Counted from the stretch's first letter, positions 11,153-20,547 are shown. The stretch: DNA of 64,000 nt from Verrucomicrobiota bacterium (GCA_016871615.1 VHCX01000002.1:12935-76934); one strand, 5' to 3'. Notes: generated by a model from the letters alone, not told the origin. Translations and numbers: made by a program.

Positions 11153-12184
11153 ATGCCCACTGCCGACCTGCCACTGCTGGATGCTACCATCGCGCATCTT
11201 GAGGCCCTGAAGCTTCAGGGGGTGACGTGGCTTCCCGTGCGCCGGGAGACCCTCGAGGCGCTCTCGGCTCCTGCCGAGCGCCCGGGAGTCCCGCCCAGGG
11301 CCTTCTCTTTTCCAACGGCCCTTCCTACGGCCCCGCCGGTCGGACGGTCCGAACGTCTGGTCTCCTCCTCCTCCCGAAGTCCGGAATCCATGCCGGAGGG
11401 CGTTCCCGTTCCGCCGCCGGTCGAGGGGAAGGCGCCCAGCCTGAATCCCGCAACCCTCACCCGATGGGCCAAGGCCATCTCCCCCATGCCCAAAGCCTCT
11501 TCCTCCTCCGCGCCCCTCTCGTTCCGCACCCCCTTGCCGGCGCCCCTGCCTGCCGAGGCGCGAGTCGCGGCCCTGGAAGACCTCCGGACCCGCATCCTCG
11601 CCTGTTCGGTATGCTCTCATCTGGCCTCCTCGCGACACTCGGTGGTCTTCGGGATCGGCGATCCCTTTGCCCGGATCCTATTCGTTGGCGAGGCCCCGGG
11701 TGCCGAGGAAGACCTCCTGGGTGAGCCCTTCGTCGGGAAAGCCGGCGAATTGCTCACGAAGATCATCACCGCCATGGGACTCACCCGTGAGTCGGTGTTC
11801 ATCGCCAACATCCTCAAATGCCGGCCCAACACTCCGGGCCAGACCTCCGGAAACCGGAAACCGAAACCGGAGGAAATGGCCACCTGTTTTCCATGGCTGG
11901 AGCAGCAGATCGACCTGATCCAGCCCCAGGTGCTGGTGGCCCTCGGCGCCACGGCCGTCGAAGGCCTTCTGGGCAAGGGCCTGGCCGGCATCACCCTGCT
12001 CCGGGGATCTTGGCAGGAGCATCGGGGCATCCCGGTGATGCCGACCTACCATCCGGCCTACCTGCTGCGCAACCAGGCCCTTTCGGAGAAGCGCAAGGTG
12101 TGGGAGGACATGATGCAGGTCCTGGCGCGGGCCGGCTATCCGATCACCGATAGGCAACGGGGCTTCTTCCTCAGCCGCGATTGA
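11153..12184 (+). CDS. uracil-DNA glycosylase, family 4, with about 150-aa N-terminal extension
   Basis: The C-terminal half carries family-4 UDG motifs (ILFVGEAPGAEEDLLGEPFVGKAGELL, NILKCRPNTPG, HPAYLLRN). ATG 11153 is in frame with the 613-aa track ORF, whose upstream part is antisense to pyk. Confidence 0.85.
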   Translation: MPTADLPLLDATIAHLEALKLQGVTWLPVRRETLEALSAPAERPGVPPRAFSFPTALPTAPPVGRSERLVSSSSRSPESMPEGVPVPPPVEGKAPSLNPATLTRWAKAISPMPKASSSSAPLSFRTPLPAPLPAEARVAALEDLRTRILACSVCSHLASSRHSVVFGIGDPFARILFVGEAPGAEEDLLGEPFVGKAGELLTKIITAMGLTRESVFIANILKCRPNTPGQTSGNRKPKPEEMATCFPWLEQQIDLIQPQVLVALGATAVEGLLGKGLAGITLLRGSWQEHRGIPVMPTYHPAYLLRNQALSEKRKVWEDMMQVLARAGYPITDRQRGFFLSRD

Positions 12185-12497
12185 GCGTCCTTTGGCCGAG
12201 TGGCCTCACACCCATTGCCCCTTTGGGCCGGCGTAGGCGGGCCTGCGTCGCCGCGACCCAATGACGATCCCGGTCAGTGAGCCCCCCGGCATCATGCGTC
12301 CTCAACTTCAGGGTGACCGTGTTCCATCGGACATGGATGTCCGGATGATGGTTCCAGCGTTCCGCCTCGAAGGCGACCCTCCGTACCCAGGACATCGCCT
12401 GAGGGAAATCCTCGAAGATCTCGATGCGGACCAGCCAACCGCCCCGCACGAACCAGGGCGGGGGCGCCGACCATCGGGCCTTGGCGCAGTCCTTCAT
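12171..12497 (-). CDS. pterin-4-alpha-carbinolamine dehydratase
   Basis: FPQAMSWVRRVAFEAERWNHHPDIHVRWNTVTLKLRTHDAGGLTDRD is the PCD/DCoH core with the HHP motif. Start chosen at ATG 12497 (108 aa); ATG 12518 is an alternative. Confidence 0.8.
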   Translation of the reverse strand: MKDCAKARWSAPPPWFVRGGWLVRIEIFEDFPQAMSWVRRVAFEAERWNHHPDIHVRWNTVTLKLRTHDAGGLTDRDRHWVAATQARLRRPKGAMGVRPLGQRTLNRG

Positions 12498-12771
12498 GCA
12501 GGTCCATCCTACCTGCATCAGGACCCGGCTCAAGCGGCGGCTCCGGGAAAGTTCTTCGCAGGCCGTTGGGGACAACCCTCCCAGGACGGTCCAGAAGGAT
12601 CCCAACAACCTCGGGGCGGGGGTTAGCCTCCGGTTGTTCCCAAAACGGTTCACGACTAGGCCTCGCCCAAGAGGCCTGAGAACACGCCCTTTCGGGCAGG
12701 TAGTGCGGGTTGTTCACGCCGGTTACTAAGGACTTTCTCTTTGAAGATTCTCCATCAATAGTAGGGACGAC

Positions 12772-13887
12772 ATGAAGCTGACGATCGCCAAGGATCAGTT
12801 GCTGGTGGGTTTGCAGGCCGTCCAGAACATCGTGGGGTCCCGGTCGACCCTTCCCATCCTGTCGAATGTGCTCCTCGAGGCCGGTGACCGCCGACTGTCC
12901 CTCACCGCCACCGATCTTGACGTGACCATCACCTGCTCGGTGGCCGCCCAGGTCGAGACCACCGGCCGTGCCACCCTCCCGGTGAAGAAGCTGGTGGACA
13001 TCGCCCGGGAGCTGGCGGCGACCGAGATCGAGATCGAGATCGGCGACAAATCCGTAGCGTCGATCCGGGCCGGCAGCGCCTTCTTCAAGGTCAACGGGCT
13101 GGCGGCCGAGGAATTTCCGCCATTGCCGGTCTTCGCCCAGAACAAGACCGTCTCGGTGCCGCAGGACAAGCTCAAGGGCATGCTGCGCAAGACCAGCTTC
13201 GCGGTGTCCACCGACGAGAGCCGCTTCGTTCTGAACGGCATCTATTTCAGCCTCAAGGAGAACAAACTCATCCTCGTGGCGACCGATGGGCGTCGTTTGG
13301 CCCTCTGCGAGGAGGAGCTCGAGGTCTCGCCGGAGAACCAGGCCGACTTCATCCTGCCCACCAAAGCGATCAACGAGCTGACCCGACTGCTGCAGGGCGG
13401 GGGCACGTTGGAGGTCAAGTTCACGGAGAATCAGGCGTCCTTCTCGATGGTGCCGGCCGTGGAAGGGGGGGTGTCGGCCGTGTTGGTCACGAAGCTCGTC
13501 GACGGCGTGTATCCAAACTACCGGCAGGTGATCCCGGCCGAGCCGCTCGAGAGGGTGCCGCTGAACCGCGAAGAATTCCTGAAGGCCCTGCGGTTGGCCG
13601 AGATCATGACCACAGACAAGCAGAACTCGGTGAAGCTCACCTTCAGCCGAAACCAGCTGGCCATCACGGCCAATGCCCCGGAGGTCGGCGAAGCCCGTCA
13701 GACGGTTGCAATCAAGTACCAGGGCAAGGACTTCGCGATCGCCTTCAATCCCGGCTACCTCATGGATCCCCTCAAGGCCCTGGAATGCGACGAGGTGTTC
13801 TTCGAACTCATCGATGAACTCAGCCCCGGCGTGCTCAAGACCCAGGAGCCCTTCCTCTACGTGATCATGCCCATGCGCATGAGCTGA
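12772..13887 (+). CDS. dnaN: DNA polymerase III beta sliding clamp
   Basis: 371 aa, MKLTIAKDQLLVGLQAVQNIVGSRSTLPILSNVLLEA... with three-domain clamp length and a typical C-terminus (YVIMPMRM). Confidence 0.95.
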   Translation: MKLTIAKDQLLVGLQAVQNIVGSRSTLPILSNVLLEAGDRRLSLTATDLDVTITCSVAAQVETTGRATLPVKKLVDIARELAATEIEIEIGDKSVASIRAGSAFFKVNGLAAEEFPPLPVFAQNKTVSVPQDKLKGMLRKTSFAVSTDESRFVLNGIYFSLKENKLILVATDGRRLALCEEELEVSPENQADFILPTKAINELTRLLQGGGTLEVKFTENQASFSMVPAVEGGVSAVLVTKLVDGVYPNYRQVIPAEPLERVPLNREEFLKALRLAEIMTTDKQNSVKLTFSRNQLAITANAPEVGEARQTVAIKYQGKDFAIAFNPGYLMDPLKALECDEVFFELIDELSPGVLKTQEPFLYVIMPMRMS

Positions 13888-14033
13888 ACGAGGCCGGGTC
13901 AGGGTGACCCAGCCGATGGCCAAAGGGGGGTAGCACCGTCAGACCGATCCCCTCCCGGTGGGAGGCCAGCCCCGGGGTCGAGGCGGCGGTCGCAGGCATC
14001 CTGTGGGCGGATGGTTTCTTCAGATCGCCTCGG

Positions 14034-14057
14034 GTGGCCAGGTGGCCAAGTGGCCAG
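14034..14057. repeat. 8-nt tandem triplication (gtggccag gtggccaa gtggccag)
   Basis: Read directly in the dnaN-downstream spacer. Confidence 0.9.
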
Positions 14058-14110
14058 AAGCTCGGATATTCAGGTATCCAGAAAAACAGCAATCCAGGGG
14101 GGCCGATCTT

Positions 14111-14136
14111 GGCGTTCACTCATGGCGTTCACTCAT
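14111..14136. repeat. perfect 13-nt tandem duplication (ggcgttcactcat x2)
   Basis: Read directly; 48 nt upstream of the next gene start. Confidence 0.9.
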
Positions 14137-14183
14137 GGATTGCCACCGAAGGCATCCGTGGGGTTGACTCCAGTGATCCTCCC

Positions 14184-15077
14184 ATGAATGCGCTGTCGCC
14201 CTTGCCCTTGCCCTCGCTGTGGTTTCTCCTCTGCTGCGCCCTCCTAGCCGCCGGATGTGTGGCCGGAACGTCCGCGCCCGGAACCGGCAGCCACTTCAGG
14301 GGCCCGGTGGGCCTCCAGTTGTACAGCCTTCGGGCGCAGTTCACCAAGAGCGTGCCGCAGAGCATCGGGACGGTGAAGGGCTTCGGCATCCGAGAGGTCG
14401 AGCTGGCGGGAAACTACAACCTGAAGAACGCCGATCTCCGCCAGAGGCTCGAGGAGGCCGGGCTCAAGCCGATCGCCGGGCATTTCCCGATGGAGCGGAT
14501 CACCGGCGACACCGAGGCGGTGGCCCGGGAGTGTCGGGAGCTGGGCATCGCCTTCGTGGGAGCGGCCTGGATCAAGGGCAAGGGCGAATTCGACCTCGAG
14601 GCCGCGAGGAAGGCGGCAGCGGACTTCAATCGAGCCGGGGCGGCACTCGCACCGCACGGCATCAAGGTCTTCTACCACTGTCACGGTTATGAATTCAAAC
14701 ACCGCGACGGACAGGGACGGACGCCGATGGACATCCTGATCCAGGAGACCAACCCCCGCCTTGTGGCCTTCGAGATGGACGTGCTGTGGGTCCAATATCC
14801 CGGGGAAGATCCGGCCGCCTGGCTGGCCAAGTATCCGGGGCGTTGGGAGCTCATGCACCTCAAGGATCTGAAGAAGGGGGTTCCGACGGGTTTCCACAAC
14901 GGGGGTACCGATCCCAACAACGACGTCGCGCTCGGGACCGGGCAGATGGACTGGCCAAAGATCCTCAAGGCGGCGCGGAAGGCTGGTGTGAAGCACTACT
15001 TCATCGAGGACGAGTCGGCCTCCAGCGTCGAGCAGATACCGCAGTCGTTGAAGTACCTCGAGCAGGTTTCTTGGTGA
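14184..15077 (+). CDS. sugar phosphate isomerase/epimerase (xylose-isomerase-like TIM barrel), probable lipoprotein
   Basis: Lipobox signal MNALSPLPLPSLWFLLCCALLAAGC, then GLQLYSLR...GFGIREVELAG...YHCHGYEF...FEMDVLWV...HLKD, typical of AP-endonuclease-2/TIM-barrel isomerases. Start moved to ATG 14184. Confidence 0.75.
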   Translation: MNALSPLPLPSLWFLLCCALLAAGCVAGTSAPGTGSHFRGPVGLQLYSLRAQFTKSVPQSIGTVKGFGIREVELAGNYNLKNADLRQRLEEAGLKPIAGHFPMERITGDTEAVARECRELGIAFVGAAWIKGKGEFDLEAARKAAADFNRAGAALAPHGIKVFYHCHGYEFKHRDGQGRTPMDILIQETNPRLVAFEMDVLWVQYPGEDPAAWLAKYPGRWELMHLKDLKKGVPTGFHNGGTDPNNDVALGTGQMDWPKILKAARKAGVKHYFIEDESASSVEQIPQSLKYLEQVSW

Positions 15078-15233
15078 CCCTGGAGACGGAGGCCCCAGCC
15101 GGCACGGCGGCAAGCCGAGGCGCACCGGAAACTCAGGCCTGTACCGGCGACGAATCCTAAGTCAAACGATCCCCGCGCCCATGGGAACCGAGAACGGCAT
15201 CCAGGGAGGGCCGGGGCCAGTCGGCCGCGGGGA

Positions 15234-17216
15234 TCACTCGGGCTTGGGCATCCGGCTCCCGAGTCGGAGATACTCCCACACGGCCCGGATGGTCTTGGGC
15301 CCGTCGCCACCAAGAACGTCCGACAGGGCGCTGCGCCCTTCCTCATCGAAGTAGGCCGGCATCTTGGAGTTGGGATCCAGGGAGACCGGATTCCGCAGCC
15401 AGCGACGGAAGAAGTCCGGCTGGAGCCGGTCGAAGGAGAGGGCGAGGTTGATGCCGGGAGCCTCGAAGACCTGGGTGGCACCGAAGTCGGCCACGCCGTG
15501 GCAGGAGATGCAGGCAAAGCCACCGGAGGCGCCGACCAGCTTGTGGCCGACCTTGGCCAGATCGGCATCCGGGGGATCATCGACGGCTGCCGCGGGAGGA
15601 AGGCCGTGGGCCGTGGCCAGACCTTGGGCCAGCCAACGGGCATGGGTGGGGAAGGCGGGCATGCGGGACTCGAGCCAGGGGCGCGGCTTGCGGGGTTCCG
15701 AGCCGGAGAGGAACCGCGCGGCCCATTCCGGCTTGAGCTTCCCGCCCAGGAGATCCCACGAGGGGAAGCCCTCGAACTTGCCATGGCATTCCCGGCAGTT
15801 GAGGGAAACGGCGTGCCGTTCCAGGAAATCGGCGGCCGTGTGGCGGTCGAGAGAGGATCGGTCGCTGCGACCGAAGGCCGACAGGGCGGCCCGGTCGGCG
15901 GCGGAGAGGGAATATCGGGGAGCCGGAGAGCCGTCGACGGGGGACTCGGCCAAGCAGCCCCTGGACCAGGCTTCGGGTTTGAGTTCCGCCAGGGCCTTGG
16001 TCCGAAACGCGTTGGGTACATCGAGGGAATGGCAGTTCAGGCAGCCCGAGCCCGAGACCAGCGACCGACCCTTGAGGATCAGCGCCTCGTCGGAGGGAAG
16101 GGTCTTGCCCGAAGGCTGGTCGGCCACCGACTCGAGGTAGGCCGCCAGATGGTTGGCTTCGTCGAGGGAAAGCCTGAAATCGGGCATGCGGATCCAGGCA
16201 TAATGCTCGGAAGGCTTGCGCAGGAAGGCCACTAGGGAGCCCGGGCTGAACTTCGATCGGACTGCCTTCTGGGACACCTTGGACGGGGCGGGGTCCGAGC
16301 CCTCCGGGGACACGTGGCAGGCCACGCAATGGAGGGTTTCATAGAGGGCCCGACCCTTCTCGACCGAGTCGGCCGAGGGCGTGGACGGGATAGGGGCCTG
16401 TGGCGGTCCAGCGGTCGACTTCAACGAGGCGAGGTAGGCGGCGATGGCCTCGGATTGGGCCACGGCCTCGGGCCCATGGAAGAGGGCGGGCATGGGCGTG
16501 CCCGTCTGGAGGGCGGCCGGGTTGGAGATCCAGCGGGCCATCCACTCGGCCTGTCTCCGGGAGCCGATCCCGGAGAAGGCCGGGGCATCGGCGGCAAGCT
16601 CGGGCATCGAGCCACCGCTCGAATGGCAACGATGGCAGCGCAGCTCCGCGAAGAGATCCCGGCCACGGCGCAGGAGGGCCGACTGCCCGATCTCCGGCGA
16701 GGGCCGGTGGCCGAGGGCGGCGAGCGGGATCGGATTGAAGGCCACGTCCTTGGCCGACCAATACACCCGGATCTCGGAGTCCCCCTGGGGAGGGGCGGAG
16801 TATTCGGCCACGATGACATTGGCTCCCTTGTTGAGGCGGACCTTCGGGCTTTCGATCCACGAGGGGCTGAGACCCTCGGCATCGAGGACCGGCGCGTCAT
16901 TGATCCGCAGCTTGAGGCGGCCGTTGAAGGCGGCGTGGAACAGGTAGTCGCCACGCAGGTCGACGGTGATCTCGCCCGTCCAGATGGCGGTGAAGGGGCC
17001 GACGGGAACGAAGGGTGTCACGGGCTGACCCGCCGGTACGAACAGGGCGATGCCCTCGGCCAGCCGGTGATCGGAGAGGCCGCCGGAGCGCACGGTGAGT
17101 GCCAGCCCGGGTGAGGCGTCGGCAGCCGAAGCCGCCAACGGAAATCCGGCGGTGAACCCGAGCAGTCCGGCGGTGGCGACAATCAATCGGCAGAGGCCCA
17201 CGAACATGGATCGCAC
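15234..17216 (-). CDS. PA14-like domain + pentahaem c-type cytochrome protein (PVC type)
   Basis: Signal peptide, then an N-terminal PA14-like segment (FTAIWTGEITVDLRGDYLFHAAFNGRLKLRINDAPV). Five CxxCH motifs follow: CHRCH, CVACH, CLNCH, CRECH, CISCH. Alternative start ATG 17207. Confidence 0.75.
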   Translation of the reverse strand: MRSMFVGLCRLIVATAGLLGFTAGFPLAASAADASPGLALTVRSGGLSDHRLAEGIALFVPAGQPVTPFVPVGPFTAIWTGEITVDLRGDYLFHAAFNGRLKLRINDAPVLDAEGLSPSWIESPKVRLNKGANVIVAEYSAPPQGDSEIRVYWSAKDVAFNPIPLAALGHRPSPEIGQSALLRRGRDLFAELRCHRCHSSGGSMPELAADAPAFSGIGSRRQAEWMARWISNPAALQTGTPMPALFHGPEAVAQSEAIAAYLASLKSTAGPPQAPIPSTPSADSVEKGRALYETLHCVACHVSPEGSDPAPSKVSQKAVRSKFSPGSLVAFLRKPSEHYAWIRMPDFRLSLDEANHLAAYLESVADQPSGKTLPSDEALILKGRSLVSGSGCLNCHSLDVPNAFRTKALAELKPEAWSRGCLAESPVDGSPAPRYSLSAADRAALSAFGRSDRSSLDRHTAADFLERHAVSLNCRECHGKFEGFPSWDLLGGKLKPEWAARFLSGSEPRKPRPWLESRMPAFPTHARWLAQGLATAHGLPPAAAVDDPPDADLAKVGHKLVGASGGFACISCHGVADFGATQVFEAPGINLALSFDRLQPDFFRRWLRNPVSLDPNSKMPAYFDEEGRSALSDVLGGDGPKTIRAVWEYLRLGSRMPKPE

Positions 17217-17351
17217 ACCGGGATTCTAGGCCGGAAGGGCCCGATTGAAAAGAACCGGACCGCCACGATCGCGGGAGAAGAGCCTGAGGTCGAGGACAAG
17301 CGGCAACCTCGGCGACGAAGGCCGGTCCACCCGGGAGGTCCCGGGGCAACC

Positions 17352-17696
17352 CTATTCCGGCCGGGCCAGGTCGCCGACCTGTGGCGAACCCTCGACGATG
17401 TCGGCGGCGGCCGTCGTCGTGGCGGTCCACCGCGTCAGACGCAGGCGGCCCACCCGGTTGGTTCCCCGCAGGAGTTCGAGGAATGAGCCGGGAGCCGGCG
17501 GCGAGCTGAGGGTGTAGTCGAGGACCACGAACTTCAGGCGTTCCTGGACGAGGATCACCGAGCCCAGGCTGCCATCCAGCGGCCGGATGACTGAAGGATA
17601 TACCGGAGCCGGGGTCAGCAACCGTTCCCGGGAGGCCTGCGTGCAGCCGACCTGGAAGGACCCGGCGAGGGCCAGCAACAGCCCAAGCCAGGCCAT
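17352..17696 (-). CDS. hypothetical lipoprotein
   Basis: MAWLGLLLALAGSFQVGC reads as a lipobox signal; there are no recognisable motifs after it. Same strand as, and directly upstream of, the PA14-cytochrome gene. Confidence 0.45.
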   Translation of the reverse strand: MAWLGLLLALAGSFQVGCTQASRERLLTPAPVYPSVIRPLDGSLGSVILVQERLKFVVLDYTLSSPPAPGSFLELLRGTNRVGRLRLTRWTATTTAAADIVEGSPQVGDLARPE

Positions 17697-17943
17697 GTCC
17701 CAGCCCGGTGGCGAGGCAGGACCGGGGGGAGGCAGGTTCGAAGGAGGCATCGGCCCCCTAGCCAATCAGGCCAGGGCTGCCGGTCAACCCCCAGGAATCC
17801 CTGCCACCCGGGGTTCGAGCGTGGATTCCCGATGCCATGACCGGTCCCAAGGTTCCCGCCGACCGAGAGGGACCTGCCACATCGCAGATCGGTGGCCCCC
17901 CAGAGGTTGCCGCCGGCGACCTGGCCGCCTAGACTCCGCGTCC

Positions 17944-18159
17944 ATGGACTGGCAACAACCGGTGGCCCTCGGGGTGGTGATCCTCACGCTGGGGTGCTTC
18001 CTAGGGAGGGCCTTGCGCCGGCGCCGGGTCGGGTCCGGCTGCGACTGCCTCGCGTCCGGGGCCCGGCGGGCGTCCGGGGCCTCGGACTGTGGTCCAGCCG
18101 TCCGGGGTCTCGTGGTCCAAGGCCGCAAGGGTGAGCGGCCGATGCTCCGTTGGCGATGA
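17944..18159 (+). CDS. possible small Cys-rich membrane peptide (FeoB-associated-Cys-rich-like layout)
   Basis: MDWQQPVALGVVILTLGCFLGRALRRRRVGSGCDC: a single TM helix, a basic stretch, then GxGCxC. This resembles small FeoB-associated Cys-rich membrane proteins. The C-terminal part is poorly coding-like and no feoB is nearby. Confidence 0.3.
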   Translation: MDWQQPVALGVVILTLGCFLGRALRRRRVGSGCDCLASGARRASGASDCGPAVRGLVVQGRKGERPMLRWR

Positions 18160-19112
18160 GCGCCAGGCTCGCCAAGCCGTTCGGGGCCGCGCTCGCACGG
18201 CCGTCAGTCGACCCGACCGGGCCTCGACGTGGCAGGACTGCAGGACCCGCCCCGGGCCTCGAGCCCCGGGGCCCATTCTTGGCCCCACTGGTGATCCCAA
18301 AGGTCCTGCGCGTCGCCCTGGGTCTAGCCCTGATCCTGGCTTTCGGCCTGACCCATCGCAGCTTGGCGGCGGACGGCGGGACGGGTTCCCAGACCGGGGT
18401 CCCATCCTCGGAGGGTCAGCTCCTGGCCCGCCACCTTCGGACCTTGGTTCCTCAGGAGCCATCGACCCACCGGGCCGTCCTCCGGATGAGGGGTCCGCAG
18501 GGTCGCCGGCAGGTGCCGGTCACCGTCCTGACCCGTCCGGGGCGGGGTGGGGAAGCCGACCGTTGGAGCGTGGAGTACCGGGCGGGCGACCCGGATTCGG
18601 AGGAGGGGTGCGAGGTGTCGACCATCCACTACCGGATCGACGCGGCGCCGACCTATCAGCAGGAGCGGGTACCGGAGGTGAAGGGGACCCCGTCGAGTCG
18701 TCCACCGGCCGGGAGTCCAGGCCTCGAGGGTCCATCGCCGAAGGCCTCCCTCGGGGACCGCCCGATTGCCGGAGGGGATTTCCTGCTGCAGGAACTCGGC
18801 ATGGAGTTCCTGCATTGGCCCGAGCAACGGATCCGGGGTCGGGAGCTGAGCAACGGACGCTGGTGCCGGGTGCTGGAGAGCCGCTCGGGCAAGACGGAGG
18901 GGGCGGTCAGCGTGCGTTCGTGGATCGACGAGAAGCTGGACGTGCTCCTGAGCGCGGAGGTCTACGACAGCCGCCAGCATCGCCTGAAACAGTTTTCGGT
19001 CACCCAGTTCCGGGAGCAGGGGGATCGATGGTCCTGCAGCGTCAGCATGGTGGATGACCGCCGGGGTACCAAGACCGAGTTGTCCTTCGACGGCGCGGCG
19101 ATTCCCCGGTAG
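18150..19112 (+). CDS. secreted LolA-like (outer-membrane lipoprotein-sorting-type) protein
   Basis: Signal-like KVLRVALGLALILAFGLTHRSLAADGG. The C-terminal block IAGGDFLLQELGMEFLHW...NGRWCRVLESRS...VRSWIDEKLDVLLSAEVYDSRQHRLKQF...GDRWSCSVSMVDDRRGTKTELSF follows the LolA_like pattern. A more likely start is GTG 18291. Confidence 0.55.
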   Translation: MAMSARLAKPFGAALARPSVDPTGPRRGRTAGPAPGLEPRGPFLAPLVIPKVLRVALGLALILAFGLTHRSLAADGGTGSQTGVPSSEGQLLARHLRTLVPQEPSTHRAVLRMRGPQGRRQVPVTVLTRPGRGGEADRWSVEYRAGDPDSEEGCEVSTIHYRIDAAPTYQQERVPEVKGTPSSRPPAGSPGLEGPSPKASLGDRPIAGGDFLLQELGMEFLHWPEQRIRGRELSNGRWCRVLESRSGKTEGAVSVRSWIDEKLDVLLSAEVYDSRQHRLKQFSVTQFREQGDRWSCSVSMVDDRRGTKTELSFDGAAIPR

Positions 19113-19146
19113 GCGCTCCTCGAGGACCGCAGGACACCATCCTTCC

Positions 19147-20547
19147 TCACCCCGGAAGGCGTTCCGGAGCCCGGGACGCCTCGGATGCCACAAGATCCTC
19201 AAGCGTGATCGATAACGCTTTGGATTTTTCTGCCAATCGGACCCAACCGAGTGCCTCGGCCACGCGACCTCGGGCCGCATCCTCTGCGGTGGTCAGGTCG
19301 CGCCCGTGGGCGGTGCGGATCGCCTGGAGGATGTCATGCACGGTGAGGTCGCCCAACGGCTTGGCGGGAACATAGATGCTGTCGATTCCGGAGGTCTCAT
19401 GGAGCAGGCCGGCCGAGGAGAGCGATTTCAGGAGGTGCCGGGCCAATCGCGGCGGGATGCCCAGCCCGTTGGCGACCGAGTCGGCCGAAGCCGGGCGATC
19501 GCCCGCCTGGAAGGCCAGACCGATGGCGGTCATCAGTCGCAGTGCGGCGAATTCACGGCCATTCTGGTGGATGGCCTCAGCCTGCCGTTCCTGGAGGTAG
19601 GCTCCCCGGTTCTGGAACACGTAGGCGACCTGGGCGCCGAAGAGCAGGATCAGCCACGAGAAGTACAGGCCGAGCAGGAACAACGGCACGGCGCCCAACG
19701 ACCCGTAGATCTTGGAGTAGGTGACCACCCGCGTGTTGTACAGGGCTCCCAGCTGCGTGTTGGCCCACCACAGGGTGGCGGCGACCGCGGCCCCGATGGC
19801 GGCAGCCCGGGGATCGACCCGGGTATTGGGCATGAGCAGGTAGAACAGACCGAAGGCGAGGGTGAGGGTGATGATCGGCAGCAGGGCGGTGTTGAACACT
19901 CCGAGGAGGGGCAGGCGTTGCATCCACTCGACCCGGTCGAAGGTCGCGCGGACATAGCTGGAGGTCGTCACCAGGGCGAGCACCGCCGGCCCGAGGGTGA
20001 GAACGCCCCAGTAGAGGAGGATGCTGTTCCACCAAGAGCGGGACCGGGTGACGCCCCAGATGTCGTTGAAGGCGGCCTCGATGGTCCGCATGAGAGAGAT
20101 GGCTGCGAAAACCAGGCCGATCATGGCCGTGACACCGATGGTGCCGAAGCGGATGTTCGAGACGTAGGACACGATGCTGGTCACCACCGCTTCCCGGGAG
20201 GCGTCGGCCCCTTGTTGGCCGGAGAGCCCCAGGGTTGGCGCCACGTGCTGCACCAACTGGGCGATCCCTTGGTCGATGGCACTCTTGGCGTTGGAGATCT
20301 GGAAGAGGGCGAGCATGCTGACCGACACGGCAAGGAGCGGGACGAGCGCCATCAGGGTGGTGTAGGCCAGGGCCGAGGCGCGGACTTGGCAGCGGTTCCT
20401 CCAGAAGAAGCGGACCACCAACGCCCAGAAGTGGGTGAACCGCTGGAGCTGGTTCAGCGATTGCGGGTCGTGATGGACGTTGCCTCCCTCATGGAGAGCG
20501 GCCGCCACCTCGGCGTGGATTTGGTTGAGACGTGAGGATTTAGCCAC
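19147..20547 (-). CDS. YihY/BrkB-family inner-membrane protein with C-terminal winged-helix-like domain
   Basis: FWRNRCQVRASALAYTTLMALVPLLAVSVSML and six predicted TM segments are typical of YihY. The C-terminal 130 aa (ALRLMTAIGLAF...VANGLGIPPRLARHLLKSLSSAGLL) look like an Rrf2-type wHTH. Confidence 0.85.
   Translation of the reverse strand: MAKSSRLNQIHAEVAAALHEGGNVHHDPQSLNQLQRFTHFWALVVRFFWRNRCQVRASALAYTTLMALVPLLAVSVSMLALFQISNAKSAIDQGIAQLVQHVAPTLGLSGQQGADASREAVVTSIVSYVSNIRFGTIGVTAMIGLVFAAISLMRTIEAAFNDIWGVTRSRSWWNSILLYWGVLTLGPAVLALVTTSSYVRATFDRVEWMQRLPLLGVFNTALLPIITLTLAFGLFYLLMPNTRVDPRAAAIGAAVAATLWWANTQLGALYNTRVVTYSKIYGSLGAVPLFLLGLYFSWLILLFGAQVAYVFQNRGAYLQERQAEAIHQNGREFAALRLMTAIGLAFQAGDRPASADSVANGLGIPPRLARHLLKSLSSAGLLHETSGIDSIYVPAKPLGDLTVHDILQAIRTAHGRDLTTAEDAARGRVAEALGWVRLAEKSKALSITLEDLVASEASRAPERLPG

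Noticed and set aside
12654-12771. oriC/DnaA-box cluster immediately upstream of dnaN.
   Set aside because: There is no TTATCCACA-like 9-mer with two or fewer mismatches that I could find by eye, only ttgttcacg-type partial matches. The spacer is short (118 nt) and has no AT-rich unwinding element.
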